A DNA stretch of 41,929 bases from a virus (lineage: Duplodnaviria > Caudoviricetes), in IMG/VR virus record IMGVR_UViG_3300005326_000077, positions 1 through 41,929 of that record, one strand, 5' to 3'. Position 1 is the stretch's first letter, and each line of letters starts with the position of its first letter. Positions 15,475-24,600 of this stretch are shown piece after piece. Below the pieces are notes generated by a model that searched no databases, was not told the origin of the DNA, and saw only the letters and a program-made list of their open reading frames with translations. Position numbers and translations under genes: made by a program.

Positions 15475-17892
15475 ATGGAATACAAAATAACTGTATTTAA
15501 AAGCATGACTTCTGATATACCATTTTATTATGATGTATCAGAGGTTTTGTTAAGTATTAAAAGAGGTAAGAATAAAGACTTAATAAGTAAAATACGCTCT
15601 GAGTCTGATAAAGAAAAAAGAGATAGACTTAAAAAGAATTTATTCTATATATGCTTTTCTGGTGAGTTTAGAAAGAGACTAAATGAAGAACTTGTAGAAC
15701 ATTCAGGTTTGATATGCCTTGATTTTGATAACTTTCCAAATAAGAAAACACTTGACACTTGGTTAAATAAAATAAAATCAAACATACATTGTTTTGCTGC
15801 ATTTATTTCTCCATCTGGTATGGGTATTAAAGTATTGTTTAAAATACCAAAGTGTAAAACAAATGATGAGCATAACCTAAGATTTGACGCTATTCACAAA
15901 TACTTTTCTAATTGCGAATACTTTGACAAAAATGGAAAAGGAATGAATAGAGTTTGTTATGAAAGTTACGACCCAAATGTATATGTAAATAAGGATTCTG
16001 AAATTTTTACTGATATATGCACAAACGTAGTTGACAAAAATGATAGATTATCATCAATTAAAGCAACAGTTGATTCTGATGCTTATACTGTATTTAATAA
16101 ATTAATAACGTGGTTTGAAAATAAATATAATCTTAGAAAGGGTTCTAGAAATGAAAACCTTTTTTATCTTGCTTCAGCATGTAGAGACTATTCTATAGAT
16201 GAAAATATTGCAACAGTTTTAATATATAACTACGCATCAAATAAAGCAGATGACTTTTCATCAATATCATCAGAAATACCAATAATAATAAAGTCTGCTT
16301 ATAACAAAGTTTCTGCTGGAAAAAAGATGATAGTTATACCAACAGAAGCTATTGCTAGTGATGAAGATAAAGAAATTGATCTATTATCATTTAATGTTGA
16401 TTTTGATGAAGTTGTTGTTGAAAATATTATTGAAGACACTAAAATTGAAGATGTTAAAGATGAATCAGATGAAAATAAAATTCCAGCATTTTGTGAATTT
16501 TGGAAATGGTCTGGTACTTCAAATAAAATAGATTTCCTTAAACTAAAGAAATTCCTACAAGATAATGGTTTTTATAGATATGAGTTAAATGAAAAGAACT
16601 TTATATTTATAAGAGTTATTGATAACTCAATTCAAGAAGTTGATGTTAGACATATAAAAGATTTCATGTTAAGATGTCTTGAAAGTTGGGATAAGACTGA
16701 TATATATAACATGATTGCTGAAAATACTAAACTTAAAAAGGAATATCTTAACTATCTAGACCCACTTAAAATAATATGGAATAAAGATACAAAAGATATA
16801 TGTTGGTTGTACTTTAATAATACTGCGGTTAAAATAACATCTGAAAGTATAGAACTTGTTCCATATATTGAACTTGATGGATATATTTGGAAAAATCAAA
16901 GAATAAAAAGAAACTTTAAAACATTAAGTGAATCTAAGTCTAATCAAAATGATTTTGCAAGATTTGTTTCAAATGTATGTGCATCGAGTGAAAAAAGAAT
17001 AAATAGTTTTAGGTCTGCAATTGGTTATTTAATGAATAGGCACAAAAGTAAGTCAACTGCTAAAGCTGTAATATTTAACGACGAAATAATAGCAGACGAA
17101 GCAATGGGTGGCACTGGGAAAGGCTTAACAATGCAGATAATAGGAACGGTTAGAAATGTTGTTTTAATACCAGGCGCTGACTTTGATACTGGAAAAGATT
17201 TCGCATGGCAACGAATTGGATTTGATACTGATATAGTTCTAATAGATGATATAGAGAAAAACTTTAAGTATAAAAAACTATTTACATTTATAACCGATGG
17301 GTGGCCAATAAGAAAACTTTATCAAGATGAAATATTCTTACCACCAGAAGATTCTCCCAAGGTTGTTATAACAACAAATTACTCGTTGAAGGGTGATACA
17401 GATAGTTACGAAAGAAGAAAATTCGAATTAGAATTGCATGCTCATTATAGTAAGAAATATCAACCAATAGATGATTTTGGTAAAGAGTTCATAACCGAAT
17501 GGAATGCAGAAGAAAAAAATCTTTGTGATAACTATCTTGCATACTGCGCTAAATACTTTCTAAAAGAAGGTTTAGTTTCTCCAAGTTATATTAATTTGGA
17601 ATACAAAAAGCTAATTGTTAATACCTCGATAGACTTCGCATCATTTGCTGAAACATATCTAAAAGACAACTTAAGATATGTAAAAAAAGACATATACGCA
17701 TTTTATAAGAATGAAAACGGGCTCGGCCCGTATGACTTTCCAAATCAGAAAATATTTACTGACTGGATGGTATATTGGGGTAAATATAAAAATATGAATA
17801 CTATAAGCAGATCTGGGGCTGGTGGTTCTGTTTTTGTATATGGACAAGGTTTAAAAGAATGGAAAAATCCTAAAAACGAAATTGATTTCTAA
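15475..17892 (+). CDS. Primase-helicase (BT4734/VirE-N primase, PriCT and SF3-like helicase)
   Basis: CFSGEF...HSGLICLDFD, ISPSGMGIK, GSRNENLFYLA, GGTGKG, VLIDD, ITTNY. Confidence 0.88.
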   Translation: MEYKITVFKSMTSDIPFYYDVSEVLLSIKRGKNKDLISKIRSESDKEKRDRLKKNLFYICFSGEFRKRLNEELVEHSGLICLDFDNFPNKKTLDTWLNKIKSNIHCFAAFISPSGMGIKVLFKIPKCKTNDEHNLRFDAIHKYFSNCEYFDKNGKGMNRVCYESYDPNVYVNKDSEIFTDICTNVVDKNDRLSSIKATVDSDAYTVFNKLITWFENKYNLRKGSRNENLFYLASACRDYSIDENIATVLIYNYASNKADDFSSISSEIPIIIKSAYNKVSAGKKMIVIPTEAIASDEDKEIDLLSFNVDFDEVVVENIIEDTKIEDVKDESDENKIPAFCEFWKWSGTSNKIDFLKLKKFLQDNGFYRYELNEKNFIFIRVIDNSIQEVDVRHIKDFMLRCLESWDKTDIYNMIAENTKLKKEYLNYLDPLKIIWNKDTKDICWLYFNNTAVKITSESIELVPYIELDGYIWKNQRIKRNFKTLSESKSNQNDFARFVSNVCASSEKRINSFRSAIGYLMNRHKSKSTAKAVIFNDEIIADEAMGGTGKGLTMQIIGTVRNVVLIPGADFDTGKDFAWQRIGFDTDIVLIDDIEKNFKYKKLFTFITDGWPIRKLYQDEIFLPPEDSPKVVITTNYSLKGDTDSYERRKFELELHAHYSKKYQPIDDFGKEFITEWNAEEKNLCDNYLAYCAKYFLKEGLVSPSYINLEYKKLIVNTSIDFASFAETYLKDNLRYVKKDIYAFYKNENGLGPYDFPNQKIFTDWMVYWGKYKNMNTISRSGAGGSVFVYGQGLKEWKNPKNEIDF

Positions 17893-18167
17893 TGAGAAGT
17901 ATAGGAAGAAAATTAGGTTTAAAACCTATTGAAGTTTTAAATCTTATTGATATTGAAGAAAGAATAAACAGGAATAAGTTTATGTCTATAGAAGATTTCA
18001 GAGAAATGTTAACCTATTTGCCTGGATTAACTACAGCATTAACTGAAGCATTACAACTTCCAATACATGAAGCTATTTATATTGTAAAGAAAAAGAAATA
18101 CTCAAGTGTATTGTTACCTGATTTAATTTGTGAATATAAAGTAAGGATTGGAATAAATATAATATAA
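17892..18167 (+). CDS. Hypothetical protein
   Basis: 91-aa ORF with TAATG coupling. Confidence 0.6.
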   Translation: MRSIGRKLGLKPIEVLNLIDIEERINRNKFMSIEDFREMLTYLPGLTTALTEALQLPIHEAIYIVKKKKYSSVLLPDLICEYKVRIGINII

Positions 18168-18433
18168 TGGCAAAACACGAGTTTATAATAGATAATTCGG
18201 TTGATATAACTGAGTTGAGCGACATAGTTAAAGTTGAAGTATGTAAATATTGCGATGTTAAACTATGGACATGGACAAAAAGATTTAAAGATAATTCAAC
18301 AAAAGATTATCAATACATGTTTGTTGGAAACACACAATATTGGAATCCAGATGAAGATTGTAAAGATACATATGGATTAAGAAAACTAAAAGAAAAGAAA
18401 AATGAAAAGCAACTTGAATTATTTAAAGTTTGA
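18167..18433 (+). CDS. Hypothetical protein
   Basis: 88-aa ORF with TAATG coupling; CKYC motif. Confidence 0.6.
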   Translation: MAKHEFIIDNSVDITELSDIVKVEVCKYCDVKLWTWTKRFKDNSTKDYQYMFVGNTQYWNPDEDCKDTYGLRKLKEKKNEKQLELFKV

Positions 18434-18504
18434 CACACTTATTTGGTTACTAATAGGTTTATTTTTATCAATATTATTGTTTCACTTATTAAATTAAAAT
18501 CATT

Positions 18505-18969
18505 ATGAAAAAACTATTATTAATTATCAGTTTACTACTTACTATTGGTGTTAGCGCCCAGGACAAAAAAGTCATCAACGGAAACGAGAGAAAACCAAAT
18601 GGAACTCCAATTGGAAATTCTGAATCGCAGCAAAGACTTGATGTTACCGCTGAAAAAGCGAAAGCCCAGCAAGCAGCCATAACAAACATTCAGCAATACT
18701 TTGACATTTCTGCTGAAGGTACACTTTACCCAAAAGGAACGTTTCCCAGGAAGGTAGATACTACAAAAGTTCTTGTATTATACTCGACACTGGACAAGGT
18801 AACTGGCGAGGATGGAACGGAATTTACCTCTCCTAAAGTATTGCAAAAGGTAATGTATGTGCTTAACAAACCAAACTCGTTTTCTGCCATGGATTACTTT
18901 GATGAAAATATGAAGCCAATAGGTAAAGAATTAATTATTTGGCAGACAAAAGAATTTCCTAAAAAGTAA
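18505..18969 (+). CDS. Secreted protein (Sec/SPI signal peptide), moron-like
   Basis: MKKLLLIISLLLTIGVSA|QDKK; more G/C-ending codons than neighbours; has its own flanking intergenic regions. Confidence 0.75.
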   Translation: MKKLLLIISLLLTIGVSAQDKKVINGNERKPNGTPIGNSESQQRLDVTAEKAKAQQAAITNIQQYFDISAEGTLYPKGTFPRKVDTTKVLVLYSTLDKVTGEDGTEFTSPKVLQKVMYVLNKPNSFSAMDYFDENMKPIGKELIIWQTKEFPKK

Positions 18970-19011
18970 AAAAAAAAATATATGCCACTATACTATAAAT
19001 ATAGTGGCATA
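18968..19011. terminator. Hairpin with flanking A-run (terminator, U-tail on the - strand)
   Basis: Perfect 12-bp stem tatgccactata/tatagtggcata (18981-19011) preceded by poly-A. Confidence 0.6.
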
Positions 19012-19025
19012 CTTAAATAAATATT

Positions 19026-19493
19026 ATGGCAACACGTGGTAAAGCTGAGGAAGCTATTATACAGTCAAACTGTGTAATATGGTTATGGAATAATTATCCA
19101 GAAACAAGGGGTTTATTTTTTGCTGTTGAAAATGAAGGTAGTAGACTTAGTTCAAAACTAATAAAAGACTCAATGCTATATATTCAAGCAAATATAACAA
19201 AACCGGCATTAGTTTCAAATAAGTGCAGGGAAATAATAAATATGTGCATAAAAGGAAACCAAGTTGCTGGTGCACAAGCTAGATCAATGGGTGTAACAAA
19301 GGGTGTTTCAGACTGTTTGTTTATGTGGAATAAAACAATTTATTGTTTTGAATTTAAAACACAAATTGGCAGACAATCCGAACATCAAGTTGAGTGGCAA
19401 AAAACAGTTGAAAATAATAATTATGAATACTTTTTAATAAGAAGTATTGATGATTTTCAAAAAATAATAAAAAAAATAATATCAAAAATTTGA
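19026..19493 (+). CDS. VRR-NUC domain nuclease
   Basis: EAIIQSNCVIW, FAVENEG, MGVTKGVSDC, FEFKTQIGRQSEHQVEWQ. Confidence 0.85.
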   Translation: MATRGKAEEAIIQSNCVIWLWNNYPETRGLFFAVENEGSRLSSKLIKDSMLYIQANITKPALVSNKCREIINMCIKGNQVAGAQARSMGVTKGVSDCLFMWNKTIYCFEFKTQIGRQSEHQVEWQKTVENNNYEYFLIRSIDDFQKIIKKIISKI

Positions 19494-19608
19494 CCATATT
19501 CGAGTTATTTTTTTCATTGATATATATTTTATCACTAACGAAAAAATAATTGGAATATGATTGAATTTTCAATGATATATGGCCAAATTTTAATCGATTT
19601 AATGGTAT

Positions 19609-20115
19609 ATGAAACACGTTTTAAAACATGAGATTTATGGAGATGTTTTATTTGATACTAAGACTCAAACGTTTCAAATAATTGATTATGAACGAATATA
19701 TGGAGAGTCTCTTGTTGATATTAAAAAACATGATGAAATAAAGATGTTTAATGGTGGTAAAAAACCATTTAGATACTTTGATTCCATTGGCGATTTTATT
19801 AATACGACTGTTAGTAAGTGTGTTGTTCCGTTAGTGTGTACTGGTATTAAACAAATAAAAAGGAGAACTATGGCAACATTAATTGATATAAATAATACAG
19901 TAATAGAACTGTATAATGTTGAAATAGGTGGAACAAACATGTATGGCAAACCAATATGGTTGAATAATAAAATAGATAATTTATATAATGGTAGGTGTTA
20001 CTTTTGTATAATAGAGAGAAATACAAATTCAATAAATAATTTCCTACTAATAAACACAAAGGAAATAACAAAGGGAATGCATGAAGCACTCCCTTTAGAA
20101 AACATAAACAAGTAG
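19609..20115 (+). CDS. Hypothetical protein
   Basis: 168-aa ORF, last gene of the + strand arm. Confidence 0.6.
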   Translation: MKHVLKHEIYGDVLFDTKTQTFQIIDYERIYGESLVDIKKHDEIKMFNGGKKPFRYFDSIGDFINTTVSKCVVPLVCTGIKQIKRRTMATLIDINNTVIELYNVEIGGTNMYGKPIWLNNKIDNLYNGRCYFCIIERNTNSINNFLLINTKEITKGMHEALPLENINK

Positions 20116-20129
20116 ACAGAAAAGAAAAC

Positions 20130-20552
20130 CTAACTTATGTGTATAACTATATCATCATTTGATGATTGAAGTTTTAATAAGAGTTTTTCGAATGTATTCT
20201 TGCTTTCTGACAATATTCCAATAGCTTTATTGAATCCAACAAGTATACATCCAGATGTGTGATCTTTGTTAATGCCATTGTGTATTCGTATTCCATCAAA
20301 ACCAGGTACGTTTAACAATAGTGGCATTAATCTTTTAAATCGATTTGACATGTTGATAATAACTTTATAAGTGCCAAATGGAATACAGGTTTCATCTTGA
20401 ATCTTTTCTTCACCGGCATCTTTTAAGTCACCATCGTGATTTAAGTCGCGATTTTTGTCTTCGAGTGTATCACAAAAATACTCACCATTAATAAATAATT
20501 TACCAATTGTATAAGTATCTTTAAATGCAACTCTTTTTAACTCAAGTTTCAT
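20130..20552 (-). CDS. DUF5675-family putative endolysin
   Basis: YTIGKLFINGEYFCDTLED, CIPFGTY, GIRIHNG...HTSGCILVG; next to a holin-like gene. Confidence 0.8.
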   Translation of the reverse strand: MKLELKRVAFKDTYTIGKLFINGEYFCDTLEDKNRDLNHDGDLKDAGEEKIQDETCIPFGTYKVIINMSNRFKRLMPLLLNVPGFDGIRIHNGINKDHTSGCILVGFNKAIGILSESKNTFEKLLLKLQSSNDDIVIHIS

Positions 20553-20719
20553 TACTTATTAACACCAGTAACACCGGCATCTTTAGCAAAAAAACCAAGT
20601 AAACCAATAATAACAGCGGTAATGACATCTTTGATATCTGCACCACCTTGTAGTAATGGAACTGCAATTTGAACTGCTGCTCCAACTAAACCAATTGCTG
20701 TTGTTTTCCAGTTTTTCAT
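20552..20719 (-). CDS. Putative holin (55 aa, 2 TM)
   Basis: Manual translation MKNWKTTAIGLVGAAVQIAVPLLQGGADIKDVITAVIIGLLGFFAKDAGVTGVNK; TAATG overlaps at both ends. Confidence 0.75.
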   Translation of the reverse strand: MKNWKTTAIGLVGAAVQIAVPLLQGGADIKDVITAVIIGLLGFFAKDAGVTGVNK

Positions 20720-21150
20720 TACTCTTCAGCTTTTTCAGAAATTTCTTTTACTTTTTCAAGTGACTTATTAATAATTCCACTTGTAAACATGAGAACTGAT
20801 TTGAAAACCTGTTCTTCATAATCTATAAATGGAATGTCAACAACTGTTGCAAGTTGTTTAGAGCAATATTCAATGAATCCATTTATATCCCTATTTTTCA
20901 ACAAAGAATAAAATTCATTGATTTTAATTTTAAGTTCAGTATTTGCGGTTTTACCAACAACTTCGTCATCAAGATATGCTATTATGAGTTCAAATAGCAT
21001 GCGATCTTTTCTTTCAAGCAAACTACCAATGCTTATTAAGCCAAAAAGCTTTCTTTTTGATTTAAAAATTGCATCGAAGTCAACAAGACCATCAAGAAAC
21101 TTGGAAATATCTTTTTCCATTTCCTTTGTTAGAAATCCATTGTCTCCCAT
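20719..21150 (-). CDS. Hypothetical protein in lysis cassette
   Basis: 143-aa helical ORF coupled to the holin. Confidence 0.7.
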   Translation of the reverse strand: MGDNGFLTKEMEKDISKFLDGLVDFDAIFKSKRKLFGLISIGSLLERKDRMLFELIIAYLDDEVVGKTANTELKIKINEFYSLLKNRDINGFIEYCSKQLATVVDIPFIDYEEQVFKSVLMFTSGIINKSLEKVKEISEKAEE

Positions 21151-21153
21151 AAC

Positions 21154-21387
21154 TTAATTTTTAATTATATACGTGTCTAACTTGTCATTCAGGGATTTAA
21201 AATCATCACGTGATTCTTTACGCATAGTTTCAACCTTTTGCTCTATCTGTGTAAGTCTTGATTCTTGAACTGCAATGCTTGTTATTGTCATTCTATAAAA
21301 TGCAAAAACTCCAATTGCTAATGCAATTATAAAACTTCCAAGAATACCAGTTAGAGTGTTTATAAATTTAGATTCTTTCTCAGACAT
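21154..21387 (-). CDS. Single-TM coiled-coil protein (lysis accessory / holin-like)
   Basis: GILGSFIIALAIGVFAFY followed by a coiled coil. Confidence 0.65.
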   Translation of the reverse strand: MSEKESKFINTLTGILGSFIIALAIGVFAFYRMTITSIAVQESRLTQIEQKVETMRKESRDDFKSLNDKLDTYIIKN

Positions 21388-21660
21388 TCCTATTACTTTT
21401 AATAGTTATTATTCTGGTATAAAAATCAAGTACTTTACAATTAATCTTTATTCTATATTTTTTTGAAAATATATACTTGAATAAAATGAACGCATTGATT
21501 TTCATAAAGATATAAATTTTTATTCAATAACAAAAATTTTAAGCAATATATTTTAATAAAATGCTATCAACAATACCACTCCACAAAAAGTAAAATACGA
21601 AAATGCTAAAAATAAATCAACTTGTAAATTTTCTTTATTTTTCATAATTTATTTATTTAA

Positions 21661-24600
21661 TTAGTTACCATTATATAAAACTTCTACATAAACATTAGTA
21701 ATTATAGTCGCACCACTTGTATTTGTTATTTGTAATACATATGAACCAAGTGAACCACTGTGATATTCTGAAATAAAAACACCACTACCTGGATTTCCAG
21801 ATACAATCTCTTCATTCATAATATTAAATGAACCATCAAAATAGTTATGGTATATTCTCATTCCATAACCATATATTGTGTTGTTTCTTATTATAGTATA
21901 AGTTACCCTTACTATTGAATATGTTTTATCAGATGTTAATAATGGTTGATCTGTTGATGTTCCAGTATTTATTGTATGTTTTGCAGTAAATGAACTTCCA
22001 GAACCATTTGATGCAGAGGTTATTCTACCTTTTGCATCAACAGTTATATTTGCATTATTATATGTTCCAGCGGAAACACCTGAATTTGGTAAATCATTTG
22101 TAACAAGTGCTCTATAACTTGGAACACCACTAGTACCATCTGGTGAAGCTAAATGTAAATTGGCTGTTTGACTACTTAACGAATATGCTATATTTGGCGT
22201 AGTTGTTGGATTTGTAACTGAGACAGTTGCAAAATTTCCTCCAGTTCCAGTTAATATATTACTTGTTGATACAGACGAAACTCCTCCACCGTCTCCTGAT
22301 GGCGCAGTCGCGTAAGTAATTCTCCCATCTGTAGGATTAAAAAACAAGGCATATCCAGTAGAAACATTTCCTATAGCAGACGACGCATACAGCGTACCAT
22401 CTGATAAAAAATTAAATCTTGTAGCAGATGTATTCCCAATCAAAGTCATAATTGGAAGCGATGAATTTGCGGCTACCTGAATACCTAAGCCTCCAGCATT
22501 TGCGTTTGTATTATTAAAATATGATATATATCCACTATTAGATGTTGACTTACTAACATACAATCCAACGTTGCTAAGTGACGCAGACCCAATTCCAACA
22601 TTTCCAGTTTGATAGTTTATTCCGTATGTATCATTGTTCCATTGACTTGTAAATGTAGGTGTAGCGAATATACCATTACCATTTAAAAATTGATTCGCAT
22701 TCCCAGTTAGTGCTATTGTTGAACCCCAAGAAGTGCCACCTGATACTACTGCCAATCCAGAACCAGTTGGATAAACCATTCCACCACCAGATGGCGCTGT
22801 TCCATATGTTACTTCACCATTATTTGAATTATAATATAAAATATTTGTAGAAGTTTGATTTTGAACTGAATACAAATAAGTATTATTTGTTGCAAATTTT
22901 GCATTTTGATAAAAAGCCCCTGCGGTTTGACCAATATAAACAGCGGCACCATCATACCACAACTCTCCATATCTACCAGTAGATGGATTTGTGTCAAAGT
23001 CTGAATCCATAAGTCTTAACGTAGGAGATGGACTTCTAACTTGTAAGATATGGTATGTAGAACCATCTATAATTTTAAAATTATCTGTTCCTTTTATTGT
23101 ACCGTCTCCTGTCCAAATACCAATTTGATTATTTACCGGTGTTCCCACTTTGTATACATCTCCTCCAGTTGGTATTACTATATTTCCAATGCCAAATAAA
23201 GAATAACCATTAATTGTGTTTAATGACACATATCTAGCGCCATTTGTTCCATCTGCAGCAAGTACTTGATTTAAACTTGAACCTGTTGATAAGATATTAA
23301 TCCCTTCTGGATAAGTATAACTAAAATTACCACTACCATCGTTTTTAAGGAATCCAGATGCGTTAGACAGTGCTCCAAAAGTTCCATCGCTAGATGCTGT
23401 TGTCAGGCGTGTTCCGGTACCTGAAAGATTAGAAATTTTTACGCTACCATTATGATAAAACACAATCCTATTACTCCAAGAACTTGAATTATTTCTACTC
23501 TGAAATACCATTGGGTTAACTCCTCCACCTATATCTTGAGAGGTAATCCTCCACCCAGACCCACTTTGATAGTTTGAACTAAATATTTCAATTCCACCAT
23601 CCCTAGTTTGTAAACCTATCTCGGTATCTTCTCCAATATATTCTTTGTCAAATAATCTGATTGCACCTTTATATGTCGGCTCACCACCGCCTCTGTAATC
23701 AAAAAGAAAAGAGGTTGTTGATATATTTGTTGCAATAGAGGTATTCACGAACTTAGTCCCATCCCAATAAGGCAAGTAACCTGAACTCAAAGAGGAATGT
23801 AGGTTGTTGCCGTTGAGAAGGTAACCAGTACTATTGACTGTACTTGAGAAAACAGCATTTCCTCCAAATCCAAAATACAATCTGGATATATCAGGAGTTC
23901 CACTAAGTACTGAACTTTGTTTAATATCAAAATCGCCATATTCCTGATTATCCGTATTAATGCTCCAATTTCTAACATTAGTTGAGTTTGTTTTAGTATT
24001 CTTAAATAAAATACCTGCGCCATAATCTCGCATTGCTATAACTGATACCCCTACAACATCTAGTGTTGTGGTGCCGAATAAACCACTACCATTAACCTGA
24101 AGTGCATTTACTCCATCATTAGTAGCTGTATTTATTAATACATTGCCCCCTAATGGATTTATACTTAATTGTCTTGCCGCATCTGAACTATCAACAAAAC
24201 CTTGTATTGAAGGCTCAGAGCCAGAATCAACCCCAAATTTTATCCCCCTATTGACATACGTATCAGCTAATTTGATATTTGAATTAACCCCGGCAACCGT
24301 TAATGCGCCATTAAAATACCCACTACCATTAACAGCTAATTTGTTGTTGGTTATTTCTGTACCTGTCGAGTAGCCTATACCAACGTTTAAAATTGAATTA
24401 AACCTGACAACTTCTACTGGGTTCCAAAATCCAGAAGTATTTACACCAAAAACTAAATCTGTGTTTGAGTTGCCTGTTGCAGTACTTTCCCCCCTGATAT
24501 AAGCTTTACCTATGCCAGATAGGTTATTATAACTTTTAAAAACAAGTTCTGAATAATTTCCAATTGTTGTTCCAATCGTATTTAAGAAAGTACTAGTCCC

